A DNA stretch of 32,000 bases from Thermofilum adornatum (GTDB lineage: Archaea; Thermoproteota; Thermoprotei; Thermofilales; Thermofilaceae): positions 420,001 to 452,000 of the forward strand of contig NC_022093.1 of the NCBI RefSeq assembly GCF_000446015.1, written 5' to 3'. Of this stretch, positions 1 through 8,551 are shown one piece after another. The notes below the pieces were generated by a model that saw nothing but the letters and a program-made list of their open reading frames with translations, had not been told where the DNA came from and made no database searches. The position numbers and the translations under genes were made by a program. Every line of letters begins with the position of its first letter. Position 1 is the first letter of the stretch.

Positions 1-285
1 AAGGCAGCCGTGTTCCCACTCGTGAAGCGCGACGGGCTAGACGTCAAGGCGCGTGAAGTATACGACAAGCTCAGGAGGGTCGTGAGGTGCTACTACGACG
101 AAGACGGGAGCATAGGCAAGCGCTACGCGAAGGCAGACGAGATAGGCGTGCCCTTCACAATAACGATAGACGGGCAAACACTCACGGACAACACCGTCAC
201 GATACGCTTCAGAGACACAAAGCAACAAGTCAGAGAACATGTAGAAAAACTGCCCGAAAAAATCCTACAACTCGTAAACACCTAG
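1..285 (+). CDS. glyS: Glycyl-tRNA synthetase, C-terminal anticodon-binding domain (5' part lies outside the window)
   Basis: The frame is open from nt 1 (KAAVFPLVKRDGLDVKAREVYDKL...DEDGSIGKRYAKADEIGVPFTITIDGQTLTDNTVTIRFRDTKQQV). The PLVK...GSIG(K/R)RYA..DEIG.PF.IT.D...L.D.TVT.R.RD string is the class II GlyRS anticodon-binding domain pattern. TAG stop at 283-285. Confidence 0.8.
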   Translation, partial: KAAVFPLVKRDGLDVKAREVYDKLRRVVRCYYDEDGSIGKRYAKADEIGVPFTITIDGQTLTDNTVTIRFRDTKQQVREHVEKLPEKILQLVNT

Positions 286-342
286 GCTCAGATACCGTGC
301 CGTCCAGTCACAATTCTTTCCGGCAAGTCACTCATCATCAAC
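285..342 (-). ncRNA. Candidate C/D-box sRNA downstream of tRNA-Thr (weak)
   Basis: The minus strand reads GATGATGA (332-339), then 40 nt, then CTGA (288-291). That is a perfect C box and D box at the spacing expected for a ~55-nt archaeal C/D sRNA, about 45 nt downstream of tRNA-Thr on the same strand. Internal D'/C' boxes are poor (best C'-like element UUGUGAC) and there is no terminal stem. Confidence 0.3.
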
Positions 343-383
343 AATGAAAACCGTTAAACCATATTTATCCACAACGCAAAAAA

Positions 384-488
384 TGGAGCCCCGGCCGGGA
401 TTTGAACCCGGGACCTTCGGCTATCTCGAAGCCCCCAAACACTCGACCTTACAAGGCCGACGCTCCACCGGAGCTGAGCTACCGGGGC
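384..488 (-). tRNA. tRNA-Thr (anticodon UGU) with a canonical 27-nt intron (423-449)
   Basis: The reverse complement folds as GCCCCGG-TA-GCTC-AGCTCCGGTG-GAGC-G-TCGGC-CTTGTA|intron|A-GCCGA-AGGTC-CCGGG-TTCAAAT-CCCGG-CCGGGGC-T-CCA. The intron sits at 37/38, with a 4-bp anticodon-intron helix (CTTG/CGAG) between two 3-nt bulges (BHB). CCA is genomically encoded and followed by a T6 tract. Confidence 0.9.
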
Positions 489-832
489 TTTTAGTGCGCT
501 AGTCCACCATCACTATTCAACAAGGGGTTTTATTTTTTTCTCCAAAACCCCACGCCTAAACACATCCTCGAACACGCAGAGGGCAGACAAGCCAAACGCA
601 TGCCACAAAGCCACTTCAACTTTCAATTTTCCGGATATTCTAGATGAGTGATCTTTTTCCATACAGCAACCCTTCTAGGGAAGGCGGGAGACTGCTGGGC
701 CCCTTGCTTCTACGAGACTATGCATAGGAAGCTTTAGCCGGGGCGTCACGCACCATCTAAATATACAGTTACTTAATGAGAAAAGTCTAACATGGGTCTA
801 CAATGGGTTACCTATTGTTTTTATCTGTATTT

Positions 833-1303
833 TTAGTTCGCGTTTAATAGCTTCCTCCTCCCTTTTGAAGCCATCATCAACCGTGACAAGTTCGTGTATC
901 TCTTCCCCTGCTCCTTCAGGGCCGCAATATAGGCCAAGTGGAGAAGGTCGAGGATCTTAAGCCTGACCTTAGAAGACAGCTCTATGGCTAACGCGAGCGG
1001 CAAGTAAAAATCGCCCAAGGGACAAATGTTTCCCCGGCCATCAATTCTCCTATACTGAAGGCCGAACCTCTTCAACACGTAGAGGAGAACAACGGGCACT
1101 GCCAACTCGTCTCTAACCCCAATCCTCCTCAGCGTCTTGTGCAACACGGTTCTCCTCCTCGAAACTATGCTTGCAAGCTCCGCCAACACAAGCTCCGACA
1201 CCCTTTTGTCCCTCAATTTCTCTAGCACTCCTAGGGCCAACTCGCGCCGAGGATCAAGAGGATCAAGAGAAGCCACAACAACGCTCGTATCGATGTAACT
1301 CAT
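833..1303 (-). CDS. vapC: PIN-domain ribonuclease, VapC-like toxin
   Basis: The N-terminus MSYIDTSVVVASLDP carries the IDTS acidic motif of PIN domains, and a later LDLLHLAYIA acidic/His motif is present. Its start overlaps the stop of the upstream RHH gene by 4 nt (ATGA), the classic toxin-antitoxin arrangement. Confidence 0.85.
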   Translation of the reverse strand: MSYIDTSVVVASLDPLDPRRELALGVLEKLRDKRVSELVLAELASIVSRRRTVLHKTLRRIGVRDELAVPVVLLYVLKRFGLQYRRIDGRGNICPLGDFYLPLALAIELSSKVRLKILDLLHLAYIAALKEQGKRYTNLSRLMMASKGRRKLLNAN

Positions 1304-1575
1304 CTCTCCCTCTCCTCCAGAAGCTGCCGCGTCGCACCGCCCAGCTCTACCGGTATCCTGCCCTCTACCTTTTCGAGCTCGAAAAGCCTCTCAACTGCCT
1401 CCAACACCTCAGACACATAGGCAAGCTTGACGCCGAGCCGGACAAGCTCCCTAATGGCCTCGCTCCGTGACCGAAAAACACCATACTTCACAAGCACATC
1501 TATCTTCTTCAGCTCATCTTCACCCAGCCTGACGGGACAACCCTTGAACCCACAAGTATACATAGATGTATACAT
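1300..1575 (-). CDS. vapB: Ribbon-helix-helix (CopG-like) antitoxin, VapB-like
   Basis: CPVRLGEDELKKIDVLVKYGVFRSRSEAIRELVRLGV fits the RHH beta-strand/helix/helix pattern (..RSEAIRE..). It is coupled to vapC. The start is ambiguous: ATG at 1575 or 1563, and the longer ORF-track start at 1614 is unlikely. ATATTTTATA lies just upstream. Confidence 0.75.
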   Translation of the reverse strand: MYTSMYTCGFKGCPVRLGEDELKKIDVLVKYGVFRSRSEAIRELVRLGVKLAYVSEVLEAVERLFELEKVEGRIPVELGGATRQLLEERER

Positions 1576-1677
1576 ATAAAATATCTTTCCAACAAGCACT
1601 GCGCCGAACAACACCTAGCGCGCTTCTTAGCTGCCTAGCGGACTACAAGAAAAGGCAACATACACGGCGAGCTTGTC

Positions 1678-2090
1678 CTTTCAATTCTTTCTTAGTTGCA
1701 TCCACGATTACGCTTGGAGCCGGTAACCCCAATGTAGTCAACTTTCAATTCTTTCTTAGTTGCATCGGAGACCCCCTGCTAAGAGAAGGAATTAAAATAG
1801 CGGACTTTCAATTCTTTCTTAGTTGCATCACAAGCTTGTACAGTACGTCTTGAAGTATTACGGCACCTTGAACTTTCAATTCTTTCTTAGTTGCATCAGA
1901 TTTATTGTTATGAAGATTGGAGACAAGAGGTTTCTCCTTTCAATTCTTTCTTAGTTGCATCGCTCTTGTAGTTTACGCCATATTCGTATAGCGGCTCGCT
2001 TTCAATTCTTTCTTAGTTGCATCTGTACAGCTTCACTGTCGCAGTGGGGCTACTTGGATATGCATCTTTCAATTCTTTCTTAGTTGCATC
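1678..2090 (-). CRISPR. CRISPR array 1: 7 identical 25-nt repeats and 6 spacers (39, 38, 43, 39, 37, 42 nt)
   Basis: The plus-strand repeat CTTTCAATTCTTTCTTAGTTGCATC occurs at 1678, 1742, 1805, 1873, 1937, 1999 and 2066. On the minus strand it reads GATGCAACTAAGAAAGAATTGAAAG, ending in the ATTGAAAG crRNA 5'-handle. The leader is on the high-coordinate side, so transcription is on the minus strand. Confidence 0.97.
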
Positions 2091-2306
2091 CGATTTGTTT
2101 TGCTCGGACGCGGTTGATATGTTTAACGTTTAATTTTATCAAGAAGTCGGCAAAACTGCCCCAGCACTCAAAATTACTCGTTGGAAACTTCTGAAACTTC
2201 CCATACGGGAGGCTTCCCGAAACACCCCGTTTAAGGTCGGGACGTTTTCCCGTAATCTCTTTTTAAAATAATCCTCTCGTCGAGAAACTTCATAAATAAC
2301 TTTTAG
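2091..2306 (-). promoter_or_regulatory. CRISPR leader 1 (216 nt) with a putative promoter block
   Basis: Its reverse complement aligns without gaps to 12276-12491, with 183 of 216 positions identical by hand count. The conserved AT-rich block ATATGTTTAACGTTTAATTT (2117-2136) lies 27-46 nt from the first repeat, which is TATA-box distance. It contains GGGA-N-TCCC inverted repeats at 2206-2219 and 2238-2252. Confidence 0.8.
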
Positions 2307-2466
2307 TCTTCAAATGTATGCATGTTATGAGTTTCTATGTGGCATCTTCTTTGGTGCATCTACGTCTCTTAGATGTGTTGTGGTGGGTCTCTGTTTCTCT
2401 TGGTTGGTGTGGGGTTGGCTTGCTGTGTGGGTGCTAGAAATACTTAAAGGTGGGCTTGGTTTTACT

Positions 2467-2817
2467 ATGGATATGAGTGAGGCTGGTATATCGTTTAGGG
2501 CGAAGGTCACGAATATCTCGCTTGTGGATACACCATTCGGCGAGAAGCTTATCAGGCTTGAGCTGACGGAGGAGAGGGAGGTGCCTGGCCCCGTGGTGAT
2601 ACAGCGGGACGACAGCGAGATCGCTAGGGAGATTGCGCCGATAATTTCCCAGGTGATGCGCATGATGCCGGGGCTCTCTGGCAACGTGATGAAGATCCCC
2701 AGGGTAACCGTGGTGCTTACGGAGGACGAGTGGGAGAGCTTCGCGGAGAAGCCCAGCATTGGGGACTTCTTTACTGTAGAGGTTTCGGGAAAAATAATCA
2801 GGTTAAAGAGGGAGTAG
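2467..2817 (+). CDS. Hypothetical protein (116 aa), family not recognised
   Basis: The ORF MDMSEAGISFRAKVTNISLVDTPFGEKLIRLELTEEREVPGP... has typical coding composition. The ORF-track start at 2314 adds 51 Cys/Trp/Gly/Val-rich residues encoded by a GT-rich non-coding stretch. A TATA-like ATACTTAAAG lies about 20-30 nt upstream of ATG 2467. Confidence 0.65.
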   Translation: MDMSEAGISFRAKVTNISLVDTPFGEKLIRLELTEEREVPGPVVIQRDDSEIAREIAPIISQVMRMMPGLSGNVMKIPRVTVVLTEDEWESFAEKPSIGDFFTVEVSGKIIRLKRE

Positions 2818-2822
2818 GGCCG

Positions 2823-3110
2823 CTAGGGCGGATGCAGTTTTAGGTATTTTAGGGGTATCTCTTGGATCTTTCCCTCGGGCGTCCAGCGGACAATGATTAT
2901 TGGCAGGAGGCCGGACTCGAGCTCCTTCTCGGCTATGCGTATAGCGTCTGTTTCGTGGGACCCCACCTCTACGAGGACGGGGGCGCCCAGAGAGATCTGG
3001 AGGGCCCTGATGCCAATGATCTTGGCTCGCTCGAAGCGTGTGAGCCACGGGGGACCAATTTTTATTTCAAATCCTTTTTCCTCTGAACCTAGATTATCTT
3101 GACTAATCAT
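2823..3110 (-). CDS. rpoK: DNA-directed RNA polymerase subunit K (Rpo6)
   Basis: LTRFERAKIIGIRALQISLGAPVLVEV....DAIRIAEKELESGLLPIIIVRWTPEG matches the conserved Rpo6/RpoK/omega core (LT.fE.ArIiG.RAlQis.GAP). Confidence 0.9.
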   Translation of the reverse strand: MISQDNLGSEEKGFEIKIGPPWLTRFERAKIIGIRALQISLGAPVLVEVGSHETDAIRIAEKELESGLLPIIIVRWTPEGKIQEIPLKYLKLHPP

Positions 3111-3169
3111 AAGGACAAGAATGACAAAAATAAATGTATTTAAGTTTTTTTATCTAGGAAAAAGGTGGT

Positions 3170-4807
3170 TTAGAACTCGGGCTTCTCTTCTTCGCCGCCC
3201 TTTTTCTCCTTCTCCTTGGACTTGGGCGGCTGGGCGGCGATGATGTCGTCGATCCTCATGATCATTACTGCGGCCTCAGTGGCGCTCTTCAGTACCTGCT
3301 TCTTTACCACGGCAGGCTCTGTGACGCCTATCTTGTACATGTTCTCGATCTTGCCAGTATAGGCGTTGATGCCTGCCCACTTTTCTCCCTTTGCGTGTCT
3401 AGACTTGAGCTCTGCGAGGACGGTGACGGGGTCTTCTCCGGCATTCTGTATAAGTATGCTTACAAAGTTCTCAAGGGCGTCAGCGTACTTGTTGACGGCT
3501 AGCTGCTCCCTGCTGGGCAGAGTCCTAGCGAAGTCTCTAAGCCTCATGGCGAGCTCTATTTCTACTGCTCCTCCGCCGGCGACGATCTTGGGCTCCCTGA
3601 TAACGTTCCTGACAACGCTCAGCGCGTCGTGGATAGCCCTCTCAGCCTCGTCTACGACGTGGTCTGCTCCGCCCCTTACTAGTATTGTGACGCTCTTGGG
3701 GTTGGGGCATCCCTCTACGAAGACCATCTTCTCGTCTGCAACCTTCCTCTCCTCGACGAGCCCAGCTGTTCCGAGGGCCTCAGGCGAGATGTCCTCTACA
3801 CGTGTAAGTATCTTCGCTCCAGTAGCACGGGCAAGCTTCTCCATATCACTCTTCTTCACACGCCTAACAGCCATAATACCGGCCTTAGCAAGATAATACT
3901 GAGCAACATCATCAATACCCTTCTGACAGAAAACAACATTAGCACCACTCTCCTTAATCTTCTCTACCTTCTTCCTCAGTATCTCTGCCTCCTGGTCTAG
4001 GAACATCTTTAGCTGCTCCGGGTTGGTGACGTTTATCTTCGCGGTCCACTCTGGCTTCTCGATCTCGAGAGGCGCGTCGAGCAGAGCAATCTTGGCGTTG
4101 GTGACCCTCTTCGGCATCGCCGGGTGCACAACCTCCTTGTCTAGGACAATGCCCTTAATAAGGGTGGTCTCAGTTATGCTTTCGCCCCTCTTCTTCTCGA
4201 CCTTGATGTCGTCCAGGCTGAGGTCGTACTTGCCGTCCTTCTTCTCGACAACGTTTAGGGCAGCGTCCACAATTATCTTTGCAAGGAAGTCCCTAAAGTC
4301 GGCAACAACCTTGCTCGAAAGAGCAGTCTTGGCCACGTTCTCTAGGACAGTCCTGTCGAGCGGGTCAACCTTCTCGGCAATCTCGTCCACTATCCTTGTA
4401 GCCTCGACAAGGGCCTTCTCGTATCCCTCGACAATAGTGGTCGGGTGGATCTCCTGGTCCAGGAGCTCCTCGGCGTTGGCCAGAAGCTGCCCAGCAAGGA
4501 CAACCACGCTGGTCGTTCCGTCGCCGACCTCGTCGTCCTGGGCCTTAGCAATCTCGACCATCATCTTTGCGGCCGGGTGCTGAACCTCCATCTCTTTCAG
4601 GATAGTCGCGCCGTCACCAGTAATTGTGGCATTGCCAAAAGAGTCTACGAGTAGCTTGTCCATGCCCCTAGGACCAAGACTACTAGCCATAGCCTCGGCG
4701 ATGACCTTCGCGGCGTAAATGTTGGACTTCCTGGCGTCTCTCCCAGTTGTCCTCTGGGTTCCCTCCTTAAGTATCAATACAGGAATTTGACCTACCGGCT
4801 GAGACAT
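3170..4807 (-). CDS. ths: Thermosome subunit (group II chaperonin)
   Basis: Hallmarks are [42 protein letters not shown] and [16 protein letters not shown], with a C-terminal Lys/Glu-rich tail. The start is taken at MSQPVGQ (ATG 4805-4807). A TTTTTATAG TATA box lies on the minus strand at about 4844-4852. Confidence 0.96.
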   Translation of the reverse strand: MSQPVGQIPVLILKEGTQRTTGRDARKSNIYAAKVIAEAMASSLGPRGMDKLLVDSFGNATITGDGATILKEMEVQHPAAKMMVEIAKAQDDEVGDGTTSVVVLAGQLLANAEELLDQEIHPTTIVEGYEKALVEATRIVDEIAEKVDPLDRTVLENVAKTALSSKVVADFRDFLAKIIVDAALNVVEKKDGKYDLSLDDIKVEKKRGESITETTLIKGIVLDKEVVHPAMPKRVTNAKIALLDAPLEIEKPEWTAKINVTNPEQLKMFLDQEAEILRKKVEKIKESGANVVFCQKGIDDVAQYYLAKAGIMAVRRVKKSDMEKLARATGAKILTRVEDISPEALGTAGLVEERKVADEKMVFVEGCPNPKSVTILVRGGADHVVDEAERAIHDALSVVRNVIREPKIVAGGGAVEIELAMRLRDFARTLPSREQLAVNKYADALENFVSILIQNAGEDPVTVLAELKSRHAKGEKWAGINAYTGKIENMYKIGVTEPAVVKKQVLKSATEAAVMIMRIDDIIAAQPPKSKEKEKKGGEEEKPEF

Positions 4808-4929
4808 ATCTACTTCACCAGCACTTCTCAAAAATTATCGCTTCTATAAAAACTTTTCTATAGGGAAAACAAGCCCAAAGAGAATGAGAAAGGGCAACAA
4901 ATAAATAACGACAAAAACCTAAACCCCAC

Positions 4930-5382
4930 GTGAAGGACTCGGAAAAAGAGATACTAATCTACGCTATAGCGATAATCGTCGTCTTCGTAGTACTCTTCAT
5001 GTTCTCCAGCATAAAGACCCCACACCTCCTAACACCCATAGCTGTCGTCTCGAGCTGGTCCATGGAGCCCGTATTACATGTCGGAGACATAGTAATAGTA
5101 ACGGGACAAGAAAACTACACCCCAGGAGACATTGTCCTATACTACTCCGGTCAAGACATAATTGTTCACAGGATAATAAAAACACAAGGATACAACTACA
5201 CGGTCAAAGGCGACGCCAACCCCGTGCCCGACCCAATACAGCCAACAAACGACATTATCCTCGGCAAAGTAGAAGTCGTGGTCCCCTACATAGGTAGCCT
5301 AAGACTAATGCTAAACCCACTAATCGAGTATGTCCAAAAATACATCATAAAACCACTACTTGAATTCCTCCGCGGTGGCTAG
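4930..5382 (+). CDS. Signal peptidase I, archaeal/Sec11 type (S26B)
   Basis: An N-terminal TM helix is followed by VVSSWSMEPVLHVGDIVIV (catalytic Ser box), then HRII (His box) and KGDAN. GTG start. Confidence 0.8.
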   Translation: MKDSEKEILIYAIAIIVVFVVLFMFSSIKTPHLLTPIAVVSSWSMEPVLHVGDIVIVTGQENYTPGDIVLYYSGQDIIVHRIIKTQGYNYTVKGDANPVPDPIQPTNDIILGKVEVVVPYIGSLRLMLNPLIEYVQKYIIKPLLEFLRGG

Positions 5383-5511
5383 ACGGGGCCTAAACACTGT
5401 TTTCTGTATCGACGCTTTCCATGCAGAAAGGGAAAAAGAGCCTTATCTCTAAACATAGTTTTTAAGGCTTAAAAATATATATGTCCTTTATTAAACCATA
5501 AATAAAAAGGG

Positions 5512-6081
5512 GTGATAAAAATAGCAAAACAACCCACATATGAAATACAAAACGTTGTAGCCTCCGTGACGCTAAACCAGCGGCTAGACCTAGAAAAAAT
5601 AGCGGAACGTATTCCTCATGCTGAATATTCGCCTGAGCAGTTCCCGGGACTCGTTTTGAGGCTTCCAAGGCCCAAGACGGCGACGCTGATCTTTAGCAGT
5701 GGCAAGATGGTCTGTACGGGCGCGAAGTCGGAGGCGGAGGTACAGAAGGCGGTCAAAAGCATTATCAAGCTGTTGAAGGCGCACGGCATAGACATAAAGA
5801 ACGAGCCGATAATCGAGGTGCAGAACATTGTTGCGAGTGCAAACCTCAGGGGCACGGTGGACCTTGAGCGTGCCGCGTTCCTGTTAGAGAACTCGATGTA
5901 TGAGCCTGAACAGTTCCCTGGGCTCATTTACAGGATGTCTGACCCGAAGGTCGTGCTATTGATCTTCAGCAGTGGAAAGGTCGTGTGTACAGGGGCTAAG
6001 AAGGAGGAGGAAGTGAGGAGGGCTGTGGACAATATTCATAAGTTGTTGAAGGAGCAAGGCGTCTTGTTCGAAGAGCCATAA
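5512..6081 (+). CDS. tbp: TATA-box binding protein
   Basis: There are two direct repeats of the TBP fold: [20 protein letters not shown]...[10 protein letters not shown]...[15 protein letters not shown] and [20 protein letters not shown]...[10 protein letters not shown]...[18 protein letters not shown] start; AT-rich promoter at 5470-5510. Confidence 0.96.
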   Translation: MIKIAKQPTYEIQNVVASVTLNQRLDLEKIAERIPHAEYSPEQFPGLVLRLPRPKTATLIFSSGKMVCTGAKSEAEVQKAVKSIIKLLKAHGIDIKNEPIIEVQNIVASANLRGTVDLERAAFLLENSMYEPEQFPGLIYRMSDPKVVLLIFSSGKVVCTGAKKEEEVRRAVDNIHKLLKEQGVLFEEP

Positions 6082-6151
6082 ATATAAAATTTTTTTGTTT
6101 CTTGTTTCTGGGAGGGTGAACTAGACGTCTCAGGAATACGTTATTCGTGAG

Positions 6152-6601
6152 GTGCGCAGGGAAGAGCTGGACGACGTGATGGAGATTAACCGGAGGGTGT
6201 TGCCCGAGAATTACCCGGCGTTTTATTTTGAGCTACACTACCGGAATTTTGGGAAGGCTTTCCTGGTCGCGGAGGCGCAGGGCAGGATTGTTGGCTATAT
6301 TATGTGTAGGGTGGAATACGACAACCTGTATACGGCTAATAGGGTGGGTAGGAGGGGCCACGTTATCTCTATCGCGGTCTTGGAGGGTTGGAGGGGGAAG
6401 GGTATAGGGTACAGCCTTATGACTAGGGCCATGGAGGCGATGAAGAAGTATTATGGGGCTGAGGAGTACTATCTCGAGGTGAGGGTTAGCAATGAGCCCG
6501 CGATTAGGCTGTACAAGAAGCTCGGCTTCAACGTGGTCAAGGTTCTGCAAGGCTACTATCTGGATGGAGAAGACGCATATCTAATGGCTAGACCAGCCTA
6601 G
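6152..6601 (+). CDS. rimI: GNAT N-acetyltransferase, Ard1/RimI-like protein N-terminal acetyltransferase
   Basis: LPENYPAFYFELHY, GHVISIAVLEGWRGKGIGYSLM (the Q/RxxGxG/A acetyl-CoA motif) and LEVRVSNEPAIRLYKKLGF match the archaeal Ard1 pattern. GTG start; an in-frame stop lies at 6122-6124. Confidence 0.85.
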   Translation: MRREELDDVMEINRRVLPENYPAFYFELHYRNFGKAFLVAEAQGRIVGYIMCRVEYDNLYTANRVGRRGHVISIAVLEGWRGKGIGYSLMTRAMEAMKKYYGAEEYYLEVRVSNEPAIRLYKKLGFNVVKVLQGYYLDGEDAYLMARPA

Positions 6602-6633
6602 TCAAAAAATTTCTGATTTCTTTTCAAGGAATA

Positions 6634-7905
6634 TTATCCGCTAAATGTTGCCGTGTCTGTGGCTGAGTTGTACCATCCGACTAGTTGCCAGTCGTAGCCT
6701 GTGCTTGTCTTGACTACTTGCCATATTGCGTAGTCTCCTGTGGCTTTGTCTCCGTTTTGGTCGAGGGTGAGGAGGCCTGTGACACCGTTGTATTTTTGGG
6801 CTACGAGTGGGATGGTTGTTACGAGTTTTTCACCTGTGTAGGTTCCGGTGAGCATTACGGAGAGCGCTACTAGCCAGACTGCGTCATATGAGACCATTGC
6901 GTATGCGTGCGGTTCTTCGCCTCCACTGCGCTGCTTGAAGCGCTGTATGAAGTCTTGGAGCCTCTGGTTTTCTGTGGGCTGGAATATTGTGCTTGGTAGT
7001 CCTCCGAGTGTTACTATTTCGCCTCCGGCCTCGGCCGTGAATTTGCTTGACTGGACTACAGCGTCTGTGCCGAACCACTTGAGCTTTGAGAGTACGGGGT
7101 CTTTTACTGCGAGCCTAAATATGTTTATTCCGTCGTCCTCAAAGGTTATTGATAGCACTGCCGTGTTGGCTCCCATTGCGGAGGCGATGTCTGAGAGCCT
7201 TTTAACCTCGGCGCTTAGATCCTTTGCGTTGGGGTCGTATGAGACTCCGGCGACGTTTCCGCCTAGCTGTTTAAACCTAGCGGAGAAGGACTCGTAGAGT
7301 CCTACGCCCCACGCGTCGTTCCTGTAGATTACTGCCACGTTTCTGTAGCCGAGGGTGTAGATTATGCGTGCGAGGGCCCTGCTCTGGAAGCTGTCTGGTG
7401 GTACTACTCTTAGCACGTAGTCTCCTGGGAGGGCGAGGGACATGGCCGTGGAGCCTACGCTTATGACTACGAGGTGGTTTGAGTCTGCGAACTGTTTTAC
7501 TGCTGAGACCTCGCTACTAGCTTCTAGGCCGATTACTGCCTGTACGCCTTGGGCGGCAAGGGTCTTTATCCTGGCTAGTGCCTGTTCTGGCGAGGTGCCC
7601 GAGTCTTCTACGAGGAGTGTGAACCGGAAGGGTGAGCCGATCTTTTCAGCGAAGCTGTTGACATCTTCGATTGCTAGTTGCATGGCGAGCTGGTCTCTCT
7701 TTCCGTATGATGAGAGGTCTCCTGTTAGCTCGACTAGGGCTCCTATTGGGACTGTGATTGTCTGCTGGGTTGTTGTCTGGGCTTGCGGGTGTTGGAGTAG
7801 CGTGGATGCCCCGTAGCCTAGGATTGCCCCTATTAGGAGGCCGACTATCAGTATGACCAGTGTGTTCTTGAACAGGGGGTTTTTCGCTTGACCCGTGTTT
7901 GACAT
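6634..7905 (-). CDS. ABC transporter substrate-binding protein, LivJ-like (type I periplasmic binding fold), membrane-anchored
   Basis: An N-terminal hydrophobic anchor (LVILIVGLLIGAILGYGA) and a Thr/Gln linker precede IGALVELTGDLSSYGKRDQLAMQLAIEDVN..., typical of branched-chain amino acid binding proteins. Confidence 0.8.
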   Translation of the reverse strand: MSNTGQAKNPLFKNTLVILIVGLLIGAILGYGASTLLQHPQAQTTTQQTITVPIGALVELTGDLSSYGKRDQLAMQLAIEDVNSFAEKIGSPFRFTLLVEDSGTSPEQALARIKTLAAQGVQAVIGLEASSEVSAVKQFADSNHLVVISVGSTAMSLALPGDYVLRVVPPDSFQSRALARIIYTLGYRNVAVIYRNDAWGVGLYESFSARFKQLGGNVAGVSYDPNAKDLSAEVKRLSDIASAMGANTAVLSITFEDDGINIFRLAVKDPVLSKLKWFGTDAVVQSSKFTAEAGGEIVTLGGLPSTIFQPTENQRLQDFIQRFKQRSGGEEPHAYAMVSYDAVWLVALSVMLTGTYTGEKLVTTIPLVAQKYNGVTGLLTLDQNGDKATGDYAIWQVVKTSTGYDWQLVGWYNSATDTATFSG

Positions 7906-8091
7906 GTTTGGTCGAGGGGAAGCCTTCGGTTTGCTTTATTTAAAGGCTGTGCTATAACCGGCACATGGGCTTCATTTAAAAAAGGTTTTCTTAAAAACAT
8001 TGTCATGCTTGCTTATATAGTGGTTTCTGTTTTCTTCTTTGTGCCGGCTATCGATAAGCTTAAAAGTGGCTAGATATGTGAATGTAGCTAG

Positions 8092-8256
8092 GTGGTACTC
8101 TTGCCGATTAGGGACCCTGAAAAGCTCCAGCTGGCTCTGAATCACCACTTCAGGGTAAAGATATGTAGGAAGTGTAACGCCCGCAACCCGTGGAACGCCG
8201 AGAGATGTAGGAGGTGCCACAGCAGGGACTTGAGGCCCAAGAGGTACAAGAAGTAA
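8092..8256 (+). CDS. rpl40e: 50S ribosomal protein L40e (54 aa; below the ORF-track size cut-off)
   Basis: Hand translation from GTG 8092 gives (M)VLLPIRDPEKLQLALNHHFRVKICRKCNARNPWNAERCRRCHSRDLRPKRYKK*. This shows the CxxC...CxxC zinc ribbon and the DP.KLQ...CRKC.A.NP....CRRCHS..LR.K pattern of archaeal L40e. AAGCTTAAAAGT lies about 25-35 nt upstream. Confidence 0.8.
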   Translation: MVLLPIRDPEKLQLALNHHFRVKICRKCNARNPWNAERCRRCHSRDLRPKRYKK

Positions 8257-8331
8257 ACGGTATTTCTCCCCTAGATGTTTTCTAAGACATAAAGTTATAT
8301 CTCTGTTGAACCCATTATTTGTGGTGGTTTA

Positions 8332-8547
8332 ATGGGTAAGATTTCTAAGGGCGTGACGTGCTCGATAAAGGACTGCAACGAGCAGGCTGTTAGGTCGATT
8401 TCTAGGGAAGAGTTCGAGAAGAGCAAGTCTGGACTCGCGTTGAAGGAAGACGTGAAGGGCAGGGTGTACCTTTGCAAGAAGCACTACAACGAGTACAAGA
8501 AGGCGTACCGCAAGAACGTGTGGAGCCTGGAAAGGTTCTCTAGGTGA
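8332..8547 (+). CDS. Small Cys2-Cys-His zinc-binding-type protein of unknown function, coupled to polB
   Basis: MGKISKGVTCSIKDCNEQAV...RVYLCKKHYNEYKK has a C-x4-C ... C-x2-H arrangement. The stop at 8545-8547 is 4 nt before the polB ATG (8552). Confidence 0.6.
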   Translation: MGKISKGVTCSIKDCNEQAVRSISREEFEKSKSGLALKEDVKGRVYLCKKHYNEYKKAYRKNVWSLERFSR

Positions 8548-8551
8548 CATA

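Noticed and set aside
612-636. The CRISPR-repeat-like string CTTTCAATTTTCCGG about 1 kb beyond the trailer of array 1, a possible degenerate ancient repeat.
   Set aside because: Only the first 9 nt match the repeat, there is no second copy at spacer distance, and the match is compatible with chance.
1566-1853. ORFs running through the CRISPR arrays (1566..1853, 12449..12754, 12540..12947, 12691..12891), which show the repeated peptide FQFFLSCI.
   Set aside because: The periodic peptide is just the translated 25-nt repeat, so these are artefacts of the arrays.
2314-2466. The 51-codon N-terminal extension of ORF 2314..2817, and the analogous extensions of 20779..21486 (72 codons), 11426..11926 (37 codons) and 18935..19204 (21 codons).
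   Set aside because: The extensions are compositionally aberrant (Cys/Trp/Gly or Arg/Pro/Lys-rich). They overlap leaders, promoters or neighbouring genes, and internal ATGs preceded by TATA-like elements give proteins that start where family similarity starts.
3366-4583. Long antisense ORFs within the thermosome gene (3366..3896 and 4023..4583). Similar shadow ORFs lie opposite cdc48 (22774..23967), the FKBP gene (24946..25800), polB (10477..11409, out of frame) and aIF2-gamma.
   Set aside because: Their translations are low-complexity and Ser/Ala/Leu/Arg-rich. They lie entirely inside strongly supported genes on the other strand or frame, which makes them typical shadow ORFs.
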